From a virus (taxonomy: Duplodnaviria > Heunggongvirae > Uroviricota > Caudoviricetes), in IMG/VR virus record IMGVR_UViG_2565956713_000001: a DNA stretch of 64,000 nucleotides; one strand, 5' to 3'. A program made the position numbers and the translations under genes. The stretch's first letter is position 1, and every line of letters begins with the position of its first letter. The notes beneath the pieces were generated by a model that saw nothing but the letters and a program-made list of their open reading frames with translations, searched no databases and had not been told where the DNA came from. Shown piece by piece: positions 42,858 through 55,941 of this stretch.

Positions 42858-45800
42858 TTATGCGTATTGTTGGATGACGGCCAGAACGTCCGCCACGTTG
42901 TGTTTTGTCTCGATAATCCACCAGTTACCTGGGAAGTCGCTGTTCTTCGCCTTCGCTGGCAACCAGCGAGCGCCGAATTTCGCCTTGATTGCGTCTTTCG
43001 CACGGAAAAGAACCCCTTTCATGCCGGAGGCTTCCTGAAGCCCAAATACCTCGCCAGCGGCGAATTTTGGTGCGTACATCATCTTCAGGTCGGCGGTGGA
43101 TACGCGATAATTCAGACCAAGAGACTGAGCTATGCTGGTGGCATCACCCTGTATTGATGATAACTCTTCTTGTTTCTCGTTTCTGGCGGCAATTTCTTCC
43201 TCCGTGATGTTGCCAAGGGCCAGGTTTATCCGATCAGCGTCTGCCTGTTTCTCTTCATCGGTGCGCCCGGCAAGTACCGTGTTAATTCTGTGCAATATCT
43301 CCACATGATTCTTGCGCATGCTGAGCAATTCCGGCGTAACCTCGTTAAGGTCCACCAGCCCAAGGATGGCAAGGTCGGTAAACATTGATACCAGGTTGTA
43401 GGTCATGCGATAGCTGAGTTGCCCATAGGCTGATGGCAACTGCACCGCATCCATTTGATAGGCATCCATAAATTTAGAGCCGTCGTTTACGACATCCGCA
43501 ATTGCCGGTGTGATTTTCCCTGTGGTGGCGGCCTCCCTGATTGCTGTTACCCACGATTGAGTCAGCGCGGCGACTGCATGATTCAGATTGGCTTTCCGTT
43601 CTGCTGCAATGCGCGCGCTTGCTGCGTCCATTGTCTGCTTGATCTCGTCTTTATTGCTGTAAATGCCAATGGTGCCAAACTGTGCTGTGGTGATCTCATA
43701 ATCTGACGCCCGGAACTCATTGGTACCGAAAATGGCATTGGTGACTTCAAGTTCAGAATCCCCGTTACGAGTAGCCCCCTGGCTTGTTTTTTCCGGCATT
43801 CTGGCGATCGCATCCGCTATTTTCTCCTGAATTGCTTCAGGGGATAGCGTATCTCCGTATGACGCGATTACATCGCCATAATTGGAGCCAAACAGTTCAA
43901 CCAGGAATGTTTCTGCCGAACGGATCTGGCGGTTATTCCCTTCCGACATCATACCAAGCACCCATTTTGCAATTGACGACTTCAGCGCGCTGTCACGGCG
44001 ATCCGGGTAAACCGCATGCTTCAGTGGGTCCGTATAGGTACCAACAAAATCAATGCTATAGCCTGACTCTGTAGTCTGAACGCCGTATGAGTCAGTGATT
44101 TTGATCATGCCGCGCTGCTGGAAACGGTAGAAATCGTCACAGGAAACGATGTCGTTAATCCCGGCGATGGAGACGCCACCACTGATTTTCTGCATAACAG
44201 CATCTTCATCGGGAGTTACATCAACCTGTTTATCCAGCGTCTTCACATCCCAGTTACCCGATTTGGTGCCTTTGAAGGTAAAGATGATCTCCACGTCTGC
44301 GCGCTGGCTGTCGAAGTCCAGCGACTTAATGCGAACGATATCACCGGCACAATCATAGTATTGGCCTACACGCCATGAGCGATCGCCGATAACAAGGAAC
44401 TCATTCGCATGGTTAACCAGATCAGGATCAACATCCAGAATGCCTTTATTTATTGCATCCTCCACCAGCGGGCGCAGGCGTTTGATATCCGTCGCGGCCT
44501 TCTGAGTACGGTTCAATAATTTCTCATAGCGGGAGATGGCCTGAGAGATATTAGCCTTGCGCTGAATGGCGCTTTTCAACGACGCGCGATACTGTGCTAA
44601 CAACATACGGTCTGTGTGATGGACGCTACCCCAGCGGGCTTTCCAGTCTGCGTTATCAGCTGCTTTGGCCATTACCGCCTGTTTGAATTTGGCGACGTCG
44701 GCGGTGGTCTTTTCAAGTTCCGCTTTGCTTCGCTCCAATTCAGCGGTAAGTACCTCCACATCCTCACCAGCTGCGTGCTGCGCCTTGATGTAGTTCTGAA
44801 GGTCGATAGTAGCCTGTTCTTTCTGGCGAGCGCGTTTCGCAGCTTTCGCCTTATCCATTTGAACCTGCATCATTGCCAGACGTTCGCCGTCATCCTTCGC
44901 GGTATACATCTGCATTTCGATCATATCGTTGGCGTCGGCGTTCTCCATTTCTGACTTATCTGAACGGAGGATATCGGAGATCCAGCCTGCTTTACGCTTC
45001 AGCGTCTTCAGTCGGTATTCATCGAAAGACCCCTTGCCGCAGTAGTAGTGAACGCGAACGCTTGCACGGTTGGAGCCAACTCGGGCACCGCGACCGTTTC
45101 GTTGCGCAATACTGGCTGGAGTCCATGGCAACGTCAGATGATGGATGTCAGTCGTTCCTCGATGCAGGTTGATACCCACCTCTGCCTTTTTGTTGCAGAT
45201 GATGATCGGAGTCCGGCCCTCCTGGAAGTCGGCTGCAATCTTTTCCAGACCGCCCAACGACATTTCATTTTGCTGCGCGATATAGGCGTCATACAGAGCC
45301 ATTTGCTCGTTGTATTTCGCTATCTGTGCATCTGTTGGTTCATCCGGTAACTCTTTCGGCGGTTTAACCGCTTTCAGTTTCTTACCGGTTTTACCTGCCT
45401 CGGCAACCGTCTGAGCATTCAGTATCCCCACCTTTGAAGGTTCAAGGTTAAGAGCATTGCAGATAATGCGCTTGAGCTTCTGGTGCTGCGTTTTTTCATC
45501 GGTGAAGATGATTTGCTTACCTTCCGGGAAAAACTCCTTCAGCGTGGCAATCAGCTTCGCGTATTTGGGCGTAACGGGGTGAGTTACGGTCTGTTCGTCA
45601 ATGCCAAACCTGGCCAGGCGCTTATTCACTTCCTGCTCGAACGCTTCCGGAACCTGCAACTGAATAAACTCGCCCTTATCTATCAGGGAGTATTGCGATT
45701 GCTGCGTGATTGAATCATCACTGTCGTCGTCTTCGCTGGTGGCTTGTTTAGGCAAACTGTCCGCCAGCTGCTGCACCGCATCGGCGTACTCCGGCAGGAA

Positions 45801-48800
45801 ACGATAGGTGATCCGGCGATAGTACAGGTCCATGTCAGTACATACGCGGTCCATATCCCTGATTATTGAGAAGATCGGACGGGCTTTCTCGTGCTCAATC
45901 ACGCCGTCTTCATTGACCGAGGTCGTTACGCCATTGTTGGCTTTGGCCGCCGCTTCCGCCTGCTGACGCAATTCTTCATACGCCGCCAGTTGTTCTTCAG
46001 TAAGTGGTGCATCCTGCTGGTGTTCGTCCAGCTCCGGGATCTCCACGGTATCCTTAACGTCTTCCGCCGTTTTAAGCGTTACCCAGCGATGGAATATACC
46101 GCGCAGCGCATCAAGGTTTTCAAAGCCCACCAGCGCCATTTTTTCTTCAACTTCACCGCTAATTTTCTGTACCGTTTCCAGCCTGGTCTTGCCGAAGAAT
46201 TTAACGAAGTCATCAGGACCGTAGATCCCCATGTTCTGCCAGTATTCCTTCGGCAGAACATGAGAAAGCATGTTGTATGCATCGATCGGGGTGTTAACGA
46301 CTGGCGTTGCAGTCAGGAGAACCGGCCCGCGCCCACCATTCTTTTTCATCAGGTACGCGTTTTTAATTGCCATATCTCGCGCCGATTGCGCCACCGCGCT
46401 GGTGGGCAGATAGGCCAGTTGTGACGCTTCGCGACCATTTTTATAGCTATTGCGGTAGTTGTGACCTTCGTCAGCGATCACACTATCGAAGCCCATATCC
46501 TCAAAGTACGGATACTTCTCTGCTTTTTCGGTGCCGGTATCTGAATACTCCGACAATACCCGGCGACGCGCGGCCTCTTTGCGGTGGGAGTCGGAGTCCA
46601 TTGCGCTGGCTACGCGTCCGGCGGCAACGAAGTCATAAAGCATATCCTGTGCATGCTCATCTACGGTGTCATCACGTAGCGGAATGCGGGCGTATTGTTC
46701 TTTGGTAAACACGACTGCACGGTAATTTGAGTGCGGGATCGCGTTCATCCGCGCCGTGATAGTGGCTTCATCTGCCAGCTTAAGAGCATCGCGCATAACT
46801 GGAGTGCCATCAGTACCAAGAACAGGTTTACCGTTCTCATCGAGCACCTGCACCTGGCGAATCTGATCGCCATCCATCAGCACATCAAGACCGACGAACA
46901 GGTAGTTACTGAATGCCTCTTCACTCAGGAATTCTTTTGCTTCGTAATACCAGTTTTCCAGCACTGATTTAGGCACTACATACGCAGTACGGGTGGAGCG
47001 ACCGTTCTCATAGTTGAACGCCTCAAGCGCCAGCGCGGTCGTGGTTTTACCCAGCCCGGTGCCGAAGCCCAGGATGCCGCGCCCATCTTCGGACAGTCGG
47101 CGCACCTCGCTATTCTGGTAATCAAATGGCTGGCGCTTACCGCTTAATCCCTTCAACCCAAGCGGATCGCCAGAGTGTTCATACGGGATATTGCTATTGA
47201 ACACATCGTTGTATTTGGCAACCAGCTCATCGTAGCGATCGTGCGTCTTGATCCACTTATTGAACTGGTCCTCAAGCAGTGCCATCTGCTCGCGGTAGCC
47301 GTTCGCCGTCGCGCTATCTTTGCCACCGATACGCGCACCATTGAGATACTTTTCCAGCTGTGCCGGGAACCCGGTCGCATTTTCACCTGATTTACGGTCC
47401 CACTCGTAGCGAATCTCACCTGTTTCTTTATCCTTGCGCTGGACGACACCGTATCGGTGCCCGACGAACAGACCATCACCACCGTGATAGGTGTCAGAAA
47501 CCATTTCGTCGCCTTCCAGCTGCACTGACTGCACATAGCGCAGATCCGGATAGCCGTTTTCCTGCAAAAATTCCAGAATGACGGAACGGTCGAACCAACG
47601 GCTATTGAGCTTAAACCGGATATTCTCTGCTGGCGTCTTGATGCGCTTCTCTTCGATAGCTGCCAGCTGATTAAGGACGTTGTTCTTTACTGGACCGTCG
47701 GGGAGTGTGGCGAGGAATTCCTGTTTTGGAGCCACTATCTCGTTAATGTCGCCGCTGGTGGCGCGGGCGAACGGAACAATCCCGCCATACGGTGAAACCG
47801 CAATACCAGGGGTGCTGGCCAATAAATTAAGCAACTCTTCATCACTGGCTGGCAGTTCGCCGGTAAACGCAAGGCGGAAATCATCGAGCTGGATTGGATC
47901 GCGGGTGAGATCGCTATAGAGATAACGCAGGGTGTCCTGATAGCTGGTGGAGTCATAACTTGCGCTGGAATCATGCGTAACCAGCTTCCCTGTCAGCTCG
48001 TCAGAAATAGTGCCATCCAGCTTAATTGCACCACGGAAAGCAAACCAGGCGCGCGCACCGCTCCCCGACAATTTCGCTATCGGACCGCGACCGGGGTTAC
48101 CAAAACGGTCAATCTCTGCCTGCAAACGGGATACCAGAGAAAGGCGCTGCTGTTCGATTTGTTCAGCACTATGCCCGGCAGCCTTCATGTCCTGATATTC
48201 AATTAACATCCGGCCAATCATCGCCCCGCGATACAAGCGTTCACGGTATTTTTCAGGCTGGCTGTTAATCCAGTCCACCAGCTGCACCATATCGTCGCTG
48301 ATTGATGTGGTGTACTTATCGCGGACATTTGCCATCTGGGTAAATGTCATGCCGAGACGGCCTTCTGTTGTAGTCAGGTTACGCTGAAGAGCCTCCCAGC
48401 TATCCGCGCCATAACTGGCAGCATCGATCTTAAGTTCCTTCCCGGCATCAGCTTCAATCCAGCGACCACCAGCATATTTTTGCCATACGCCATTAATCAG
48501 GCGCATTTCCCCTTCACCAACAACGTCTGCGGTCGGTGACGGTTCAGCCATATCGAGCAAAGACCAGTCGATACGGCTTTCGAAACGATGAATCAGCTTC
48601 GCTTTAAGAGCCTGGTTATCAATCTGACCGTCGGCACGAACCTCAATACGCCCCTGGAAGCCCTTTTCCTGGGTGCCATGAACAAACCGGCGGCCGTCCT
48701 TTTCAAACCACTTGCCAGAAATAAACGTTGGCCAAAGCACATTTGCCGATTCGAGAGTGCTTTCATCCACCAGGGGGATTTTCTCAGCCATCTCTGCCGG

Positions 48801-49625
48801 ATGTTTGCGCATCAGCACCACATCAACAACTGTACTGGTCCCGTTTGCGTCAAAAGTACCGGTAGGCAAGCGGTGGGCACCAAGAAATTCAGCTTTCCGT
48901 GATAGGCGCAGGCGTAACCGCTTCATGTTTGAACCTGAAACAATGGACGGCGGCACAATCACGCACATGAATCCGCCTGGCTTTATCTTGTCCAGCATGC
49001 GGAGCATGAAGTAAGAACCCATGTCCGTTTCTTCTGCGTAAGGCTTATCGATGTTGCGTGTGTTATCACGACCACCGAACGGAACGTTACCCACAACATG
49101 GTCGAATGAATCGTTAGGCGTGCTTACAGCCAGTTGTTCGAACGGAGAAATCTGTACGCTGTCTTCCGGGTGCAACAGCTGGTTTATACGACCGGAAACA
49201 CTGCTGATCTCAGTCGCGGTCATCACCGTACCAACCGGTTTTGTCTCATTAAAAACGCCGGTTCCCGCCGATGGTTCCAGAGTGTTACCTACGTCCGCGC
49301 CGTAGAGCTTCATGATCTCCCAGACACCTTCAGCGATCGGCTTTGGTGTGTAATATTCGGAGACGGACCCGCCAATGCCGCCTTCACCGGTGTACCCAGC
49401 CAGGATCTGGCGCTGTTCATCTGTCAGTGTCGCGCCGTCCACCAGCGAATTAAGCAAATCTATCGCCTTCTGATTCGCCTCACGGCGCAGTCGGTCATAG
49501 CTTTTGCCTTCCACCTTTTCCACGCCGTATTTAATCGGCGCTCGGTGAGATGTTATTGCCCTAATGTATTTCAATATTTCGCTGACACTTGAACAGCGAA
49601 ACACCCCCATAGATAGCTTGTTCAT
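42858..49625 (-). CDS. darB: DarB antirestriction protein: N-terminal N6-adenine methyltransferase domain fused to SF2 helicase domain
   Basis: 2255 aa; MTase motifs EPSAGTGVF and NVPFGG; helicase motifs GTGLGKTTTA (I), VIADEGHNYRN (II), LTATPVVN (III), QRNGRGARVG (VI). Confidence 0.85.
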   Translation of the reverse strand: MNKLSMGVFRCSSVSEILKYIRAITSHRAPIKYGVEKVEGKSYDRLRREANQKAIDLLNSLVDGATLTDEQRQILAGYTGEGGIGGSVSEYYTPKPIAEGVWEIMKLYGADVGNTLEPSAGTGVFNETKPVGTVMTATEISSVSGRINQLLHPEDSVQISPFEQLAVSTPNDSFDHVVGNVPFGGRDNTRNIDKPYAEETDMGSYFMLRMLDKIKPGGFMCVIVPPSIVSGSNMKRLRLRLSRKAEFLGAHRLPTGTFDANGTSTVVDVVLMRKHPAEMAEKIPLVDESTLESANVLWPTFISGKWFEKDGRRFVHGTQEKGFQGRIEVRADGQIDNQALKAKLIHRFESRIDWSLLDMAEPSPTADVVGEGEMRLINGVWQKYAGGRWIEADAGKELKIDAASYGADSWEALQRNLTTTEGRLGMTFTQMANVRDKYTTSISDDMVQLVDWINSQPEKYRERLYRGAMIGRMLIEYQDMKAAGHSAEQIEQQRLSLVSRLQAEIDRFGNPGRGPIAKLSGSGARAWFAFRGAIKLDGTISDELTGKLVTHDSSASYDSTSYQDTLRYLYSDLTRDPIQLDDFRLAFTGELPASDEELLNLLASTPGIAVSPYGGIVPFARATSGDINEIVAPKQEFLATLPDGPVKNNVLNQLAAIEEKRIKTPAENIRFKLNSRWFDRSVILEFLQENGYPDLRYVQSVQLEGDEMVSDTYHGGDGLFVGHRYGVVQRKDKETGEIRYEWDRKSGENATGFPAQLEKYLNGARIGGKDSATANGYREQMALLEDQFNKWIKTHDRYDELVAKYNDVFNSNIPYEHSGDPLGLKGLSGKRQPFDYQNSEVRRLSEDGRGILGFGTGLGKTTTALALEAFNYENGRSTRTAYVVPKSVLENWYYEAKEFLSEEAFSNYLFVGLDVLMDGDQIRQVQVLDENGKPVLGTDGTPVMRDALKLADEATITARMNAIPHSNYRAVVFTKEQYARIPLRDDTVDEHAQDMLYDFVAAGRVASAMDSDSHRKEAARRRVLSEYSDTGTEKAEKYPYFEDMGFDSVIADEGHNYRNSYKNGREASQLAYLPTSAVAQSARDMAIKNAYLMKKNGGRGPVLLTATPVVNTPIDAYNMLSHVLPKEYWQNMGIYGPDDFVKFFGKTRLETVQKISGEVEEKMALVGFENLDALRGIFHRWVTLKTAEDVKDTVEIPELDEHQQDAPLTEEQLAAYEELRQQAEAAAKANNGVTTSVNEDGVIEHEKARPIFSIIRDMDRVCTDMDLYYRRITYRFLPEYADAVQQLADSLPKQATSEDDDSDDSITQQSQYSLIDKGEFIQLQVPEAFEQEVNKRLARFGIDEQTVTHPVTPKYAKLIATLKEFFPEGKQIIFTDEKTQHQKLKRIICNALNLEPSKVGILNAQTVAEAGKTGKKLKAVKPPKELPDEPTDAQIAKYNEQMALYDAYIAQQNEMSLGGLEKIAADFQEGRTPIIICNKKAEVGINLHRGTTDIHHLTLPWTPASIAQRNGRGARVGSNRASVRVHYYCGKGSFDEYRLKTLKRKAGWISDILRSDKSEMENADANDMIEMQMYTAKDDGERLAMMQVQMDKAKAAKRARQKEQATIDLQNYIKAQHAAGEDVEVLTAELERSKAELEKTTADVAKFKQAVMAKAADNADWKARWGSVHHTDRMLLAQYRASLKSAIQRKANISQAISRYEKLLNRTQKAATDIKRLRPLVEDAINKGILDVDPDLVNHANEFLVIGDRSWRVGQYYDCAGDIVRIKSLDFDSQRADVEIIFTFKGTKSGNWDVKTLDKQVDVTPDEDAVMQKISGGVSIAGINDIVSCDDFYRFQQRGMIKITDSYGVQTTESGYSIDFVGTYTDPLKHAVYPDRRDSALKSSIAKWVLGMMSEGNNRQIRSAETFLVELFGSNYGDVIASYGDTLSPEAIQEKIADAIARMPEKTSQGATRNGDSELEVTNAIFGTNEFRASDYEITTAQFGTIGIYSNKDEIKQTMDAASARIAAERKANLNHAVAALTQSWVTAIREAATTGKITPAIADVVNDGSKFMDAYQMDAVQLPSAYGQLSYRMTYNLVSMFTDLAILGLVDLNEVTPELLSMRKNHVEILHRINTVLAGRTDEEKQADADRINLALGNITEEEIAARNEKQEELSSIQGDATSIAQSLGLNYRVSTADLKMMYAPKFAAGEVFGLQEASGMKGVLFRAKDAIKAKFGARWLPAKAKNSDFPGNWWIIETKHNVADVLAVIQQYA

Positions 49626-49692
49626 TGGTAATCCTTAACAAGTGACTAGTGTTAAATTTCCGTTCAAACACGATGCGAATTATTCTAATTAA

Positions 49693-52423
<2,731 letters not shown>

Positions 52424-52436
52424 CCACCAAAAATAA

Positions 52437-52462
52437 CCCCGGCAGCTGCCGGGGTTCTCGTT
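52437..52462 (+). terminator. Rho-independent terminator after pro
   Basis: CCCCGGCAGCTGCCGGGG palindromic hairpin followed by TTCTCGTT. Confidence 0.55.
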
Positions 52463-52467
52463 AACTA

Positions 52468-52728
52468 TTATCGCCTTCGCCTGCGTGCCATATATTTGCG
52501 CACCGCGCGGCGTGGACAATCTGAAGCGGTTTCTTTCTGCTGCATCAATCTCGCAGCCATGCTCAAAAATGTCAGGCACAGCCGAAGCCCGGCATACAAT
52601 AGCGGTTCCAGTGGCCACGTCTCATTGAGCACATATACCGCCATGAAAATCGAGTCAAAAACTATCGCCGCCAGCGATAACTTCATTGTCGAAAGTCGGC
52701 GGAGCTGCCGGAGTTTATTCATTGACAA
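52468..52728 (-). CDS. Small membrane protein downstream of lyz (possibly lysis-associated)
   Basis: 86-aa ORF with one hydrophobic helix and Arg-rich C-terminus, overlapping the lyz stop. Confidence 0.3.
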   Translation of the reverse strand: MSMNKLRQLRRLSTMKLSLAAIVFDSIFMAVYVLNETWPLEPLLYAGLRLCLTFLSMAARLMQQKETASDCPRRAVRKYMARRRRR

Positions 52729-53314
52729 GCCCCGTCAGGCAAAGCTGGCGTTCTTTTTCACGGCGAATCTTTAAACCTCGCAGGGGCACGCCGTTACTGT
52801 TCACGAAATCAGGGAGATGGTTACACATATTCACCCATTCCCCTTTCTGCGCCCACTTGTGGATGGACGTTTCTACTCGCATGCCTCGCGCTTTGCTGTA
52901 GTAGGTCCGTAAGCTATTGCATCCCATATTGAATGCCGCGCTTGTCATTGCACTGAAGGCATTATCGGGCATGTCTTTGCCCCGGAAGTGCTGATTAATA
53001 CAGCGTTCAGCGATCAGGATATTCTTTTCCCAATCAGCGGCGATTTGCTGGTCGGTTTTTCGCACACCCGGCGTTACCCCGTGTGTATTACCGATCCCGT
53101 CAGTCCATATCCCCGCCGGGCACATGTATGGATCACGTCGGCAACCTTCAGCGTTACCAATCAGCTCAAGCCCCGCCTGGTTGGTTCGCACATTGCCATT
53201 ACCCATCACGATGGTAATCATCACCGCGATAGCGCAAATTGCACCGCCTCCTGCGGCTGTTTTTCCCTTCATAAAGACCTCATAAGCGAATTTTTTACGC
53301 TCCAGGACAAACAC
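52715..53314 (-). CDS. lyz: SAR endolysin, T4-lysozyme-like (P1 Lyz)
   Basis: N-terminal signal-anchor-release segment GGGAICAIAVMITIVMG followed by lysozyme catalytic region (E...D...T spacing). Confidence 0.8.
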   Translation of the reverse strand: MFVLERKKFAYEVFMKGKTAAGGGAICAIAVMITIVMGNGNVRTNQAGLELIGNAEGCRRDPYMCPAGIWTDGIGNTHGVTPGVRKTDQQIAADWEKNILIAERCINQHFRGKDMPDNAFSAMTSAAFNMGCNSLRTYYSKARGMRVETSIHKWAQKGEWVNMCNHLPDFVNSNGVPLRGLKIRREKERQLCLTGLVNE

Positions 53315-53405
53315 TCATTCACAGCCAATACCGACTGACTCGATCCCTTTAGAAGGCACAGGATAATGCAAATCACTTGTTAGCCATGTTTCAAAGATAT
53401 ACATT

Positions 53406-53422
53406 ATTGCTCTAATTAATTT
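53406..53422 (+). promoter_or_regulatory. C1 operator upstream of ssb
   Basis: ATTGCTCTAATTAATTT, 16/17 consensus match 20 bp before the ssb start. Confidence 0.65.
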
Positions 53423-53441
53423 ATTTTATTAGGTAAGAAAA

Positions 53442-53930
53442 GTGGCACAACGCGGTGTAAACAAAGTCATCCTGATTGGTACCCTGGGGCAAGACCCGGA
53501 GATCAGGTATATACCAAATGGCGGCGCAGTCGGAAGACTCAGCATCGCAACGAATGAATCATGGCGCGATAAGCAAACGGGCCAACAGAAAGAGCAAACA
53601 GAATGGCATAAAGTCGTTTTGTTCGGAAAACTTGCTGAAATTGCGAGTGAGTATTTACGAAAAGGTTCTCAGGTCTACATCGAAGGGAAACTTAAAACCC
53701 GTAAGTGGACTGATGACGCCGGTGTAGAACGTTACACGACGGAAATTATCGTCAGCCAGGGCGGCACCATGCAAATGATCGGCACTCGCCGCGACGATTC
53801 ACAGTCCTCAAATGGCTGGGGGCAGTCAAACCAACCTCAAAACCACCAGCAATACAGCGGTGGCGGCAAACCTCAGAGCAGCGCCAATAACGAACCTCCA
53901 ATGGACTTTGACGACGATATTCCGTTTTGA
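53442..53930 (+). CDS. ssb: Single-stranded DNA-binding protein
   Basis: OB-fold N-terminus, Gly/Gln-rich linker, acidic tail ending DFDDDIPF. Confidence 0.9.
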   Translation: MAQRGVNKVILIGTLGQDPEIRYIPNGGAVGRLSIATNESWRDKQTGQQKEQTEWHKVVLFGKLAEIASEYLRKGSQVYIEGKLKTRKWTDDAGVERYTTEIIVSQGGTMQMIGTRRDDSQSSNGWGQSNQPQNHQQYSGGGKPQSSANNEPPMDFDDDIPF

Positions 53931-54127
53931 ATGTGTAAAAAACGACTGAAAGAAAAGCGGTGGTCCAGACGCCGACAAAAGCACGAACTCGCAAACAAAC
54001 GCCAAAGTTGGCAATGGCACACGCTTTTCACGAAAAGAACACCCCGAGATATTGCGTTCGCTGGTGGGAAAACATTCCTGACCCACCTGAAGGCGCAATA
54101 CATCAGGTTTTAAGCAGAGGAAAGACT

Positions 54128-54805
54128 ATGAATAACATGACAACGAAAGAGCTTTTGACGGCACTTCCAAAATACAAAAGCCATAAAACAGTTCGCGCCT
54201 CAAAAATCAAAGATATCGAAATTATCGCCCTAATGGATGTGGTCCTTTTTTGCAACATCGAAGTCGTTGAGCCAGAAGGGGTAAAAGTCCATGTTGATAA
54301 AATATTTTTGCAAAAACACCGACCAGAAATTGGCGGATATCTGGTCGCTTATGAGGACGGATCTCTGTCCTATTCACCAGAAAAAACATTTGAAGAAGGC
54401 TTTAGTCGGACTAACGACTTCTTCGAAAATGGGGTATCGCTCAGCATTGAAGGTCACAATGGGGTGACATTCATTACAGCCAGGGACGTAACTATTTCTG
54501 CTGGCGGTATCGCTACTCTACAAGAAGAAATCGACCTTGAAGCAGCCGACTTTTCTGACGCGCTGATGTGGCTGAAGGATGGCAAGAAAGTTGCTCGACG
54601 CGGGTGGAACGGCGAAAACCAATTCTGCTGGCTGGTTCCTGAAGGACAGTACCCGGCACGAATGGAAGCCATTAAGGGATATTTCCCCGGCGACCTCGTT
54701 CCGTATGGTGCTTATTTCGCCTTAAAAAATGCACAAGGTGTAGTTGTTCCGTGGGTTCCTTCTGTAGGCGACTTACTGGCATGTGACTGGTTTGTAGTGG
54801 AGTGA
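54128..54805 (+). CDS. Hypothetical protein with conserved C-terminal W..PS..DLLA.DW motif
   Basis: ATG at 54128 with GAGGAAAG RBS (track ORF starts upstream at 53960). Confidence 0.45.
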   Translation: MNNMTTKELLTALPKYKSHKTVRASKIKDIEIIALMDVVLFCNIEVVEPEGVKVHVDKIFLQKHRPEIGGYLVAYEDGSLSYSPEKTFEEGFSRTNDFFENGVSLSIEGHNGVTFITARDVTISAGGIATLQEEIDLEAADFSDALMWLKDGKKVARRGWNGENQFCWLVPEGQYPARMEAIKGYFPGDLVPYGAYFALKNAQGVVVPWVPSVGDLLACDWFVVE

Positions 54806-54811
54806 TTTAAC

Positions 54812-55594
54812 GTGGAAAATACTAAAGCAATTCAATACCGCCTGCGTAATGGCCAGAGTGTCGAAGTGACCATCAATAATGATGGAGTACCTGGCGAAAA
54901 GGTTTCTATCTCTGATCTGGCTATCGAAAAAACCATCATGTGCCACCTTGGCTTTACTGAAGAAGTGAGCAAAAAGCATGGTGTAGCAATCTGGAGCGCA
55001 ATGGATACTGGTATGCGCAAATTCATTACTGCTCGTACCCCAGGGATGACCATGATGGACCTCATGCAGATTGCGCCGCTGTTTGAATGTGAGCCTTTAG
55101 ATGTATTCAGCAATCCAGCTATCTGCCAGCAGTTATATGGTGAGATGAAACTCGCGGTTACCCCCATTGTGCTGCATGAAGGATCGCTTACTGGCGTGTG
55201 GAAAGTGGAGCGTATTTCAAGCTACATGCCTTTCCATGTCAACGGCGTAATCACTGGTGAAAATCAACCTGTTTCCGTTATAAAGTCAGACCTCAAGCGC
55301 GCAATTCTTGAAGCAAGTTGTCGAGTTGTCGGCCTGGGCAAACAGTCTTATGTTTCCTTCCCGGCTGGCCCTGAAGGCCAGGCAGAAATTCTGATTATGG
55401 ATGCCGATCTGCTATGGCAAATACAGTTTCTGATTGGCAAAAGCATCATCCGCGCTGAAGAACTCGATCAGTACATTACCTGCACGATGACGGATGAAGT
55501 CAAAAGTGTAGCTATAGCCAATGCCCGGAACCTATGTCGTGCTGCATTAACAGAATTGCAAGAAAACACCACGGAAGAAGTGGAAAGCGATTAA
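54812..55594 (+). CDS. Hypothetical protein
   Basis: 260-aa ORF (GTG start) followed by a bidirectional terminator. Confidence 0.4.
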   Translation: MENTKAIQYRLRNGQSVEVTINNDGVPGEKVSISDLAIEKTIMCHLGFTEEVSKKHGVAIWSAMDTGMRKFITARTPGMTMMDLMQIAPLFECEPLDVFSNPAICQQLYGEMKLAVTPIVLHEGSLTGVWKVERISSYMPFHVNGVITGENQPVSVIKSDLKRAILEASCRVVGLGKQSYVSFPAGPEGQAEILIMDADLLWQIQFLIGKSIIRAEELDQYITCTMTDEVKSVAIANARNLCRAALTELQENTTEEVESD

Positions 55595-55624
55595 AAAAAA
55601 TCCCGCCGATTGGCGGGATTTTTT
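55593..55624. terminator. Bidirectional Rho-independent terminator between convergent genes
   Basis: A8 run, ATCCCGCC-GATT-GGCGGGAT hairpin, T6 run. Confidence 0.7.
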
Positions 55625-55941
55625 CAATATACGATCTGGTCTACATGATCCCCAAAATCATCGTCGTCATCGTCGTCGTCCTCATCGCCACCCTCTACTG
55701 CTGGCCAATCAACAAACCAGCCAGCGTAAAGATGCAGCGTTCGGAGAACATCACTTGCGGGAGCATCAAGGGTGTTAACGAATCCCATATAGCTATTGGG
55801 ATTTGCCCCAGCTATGGCTTCAGCGATCATGTCCTCGGTAATGTCACCGGAGATAATGCTTAAACGCCCGGAAACTTCTTCATTATCATCAAATTCGATA
55901 ATGGCATCTCCGCCTAATGGCGCTGCGATTTTAATCTGCAT
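55624..55941 (-). CDS. Acidic small protein at the 3' end of the darA operon
   Basis: 105-aa ORF with poly-Asp tract (EDDDDDDDD). Confidence 0.4.
   Translation of the reverse strand: MQIKIAAPLGGDAIIEFDDNEEVSGRLSIISGDITEDMIAEAIAGANPNSYMGFVNTLDAPASDVLRTLHLYAGWFVDWPAVEGGDEDDDDDDDDFGDHVDQIVY

Noticed and set aside
43000-49600. Numerous 60-180-aa ORFs on both strands inside darB, and similar ones inside ddrB, darA, prt and dmt
   Set aside because: They are fully nested in long, motif-supported genes and are typical of spurious frames in GC-balanced coding DNA.
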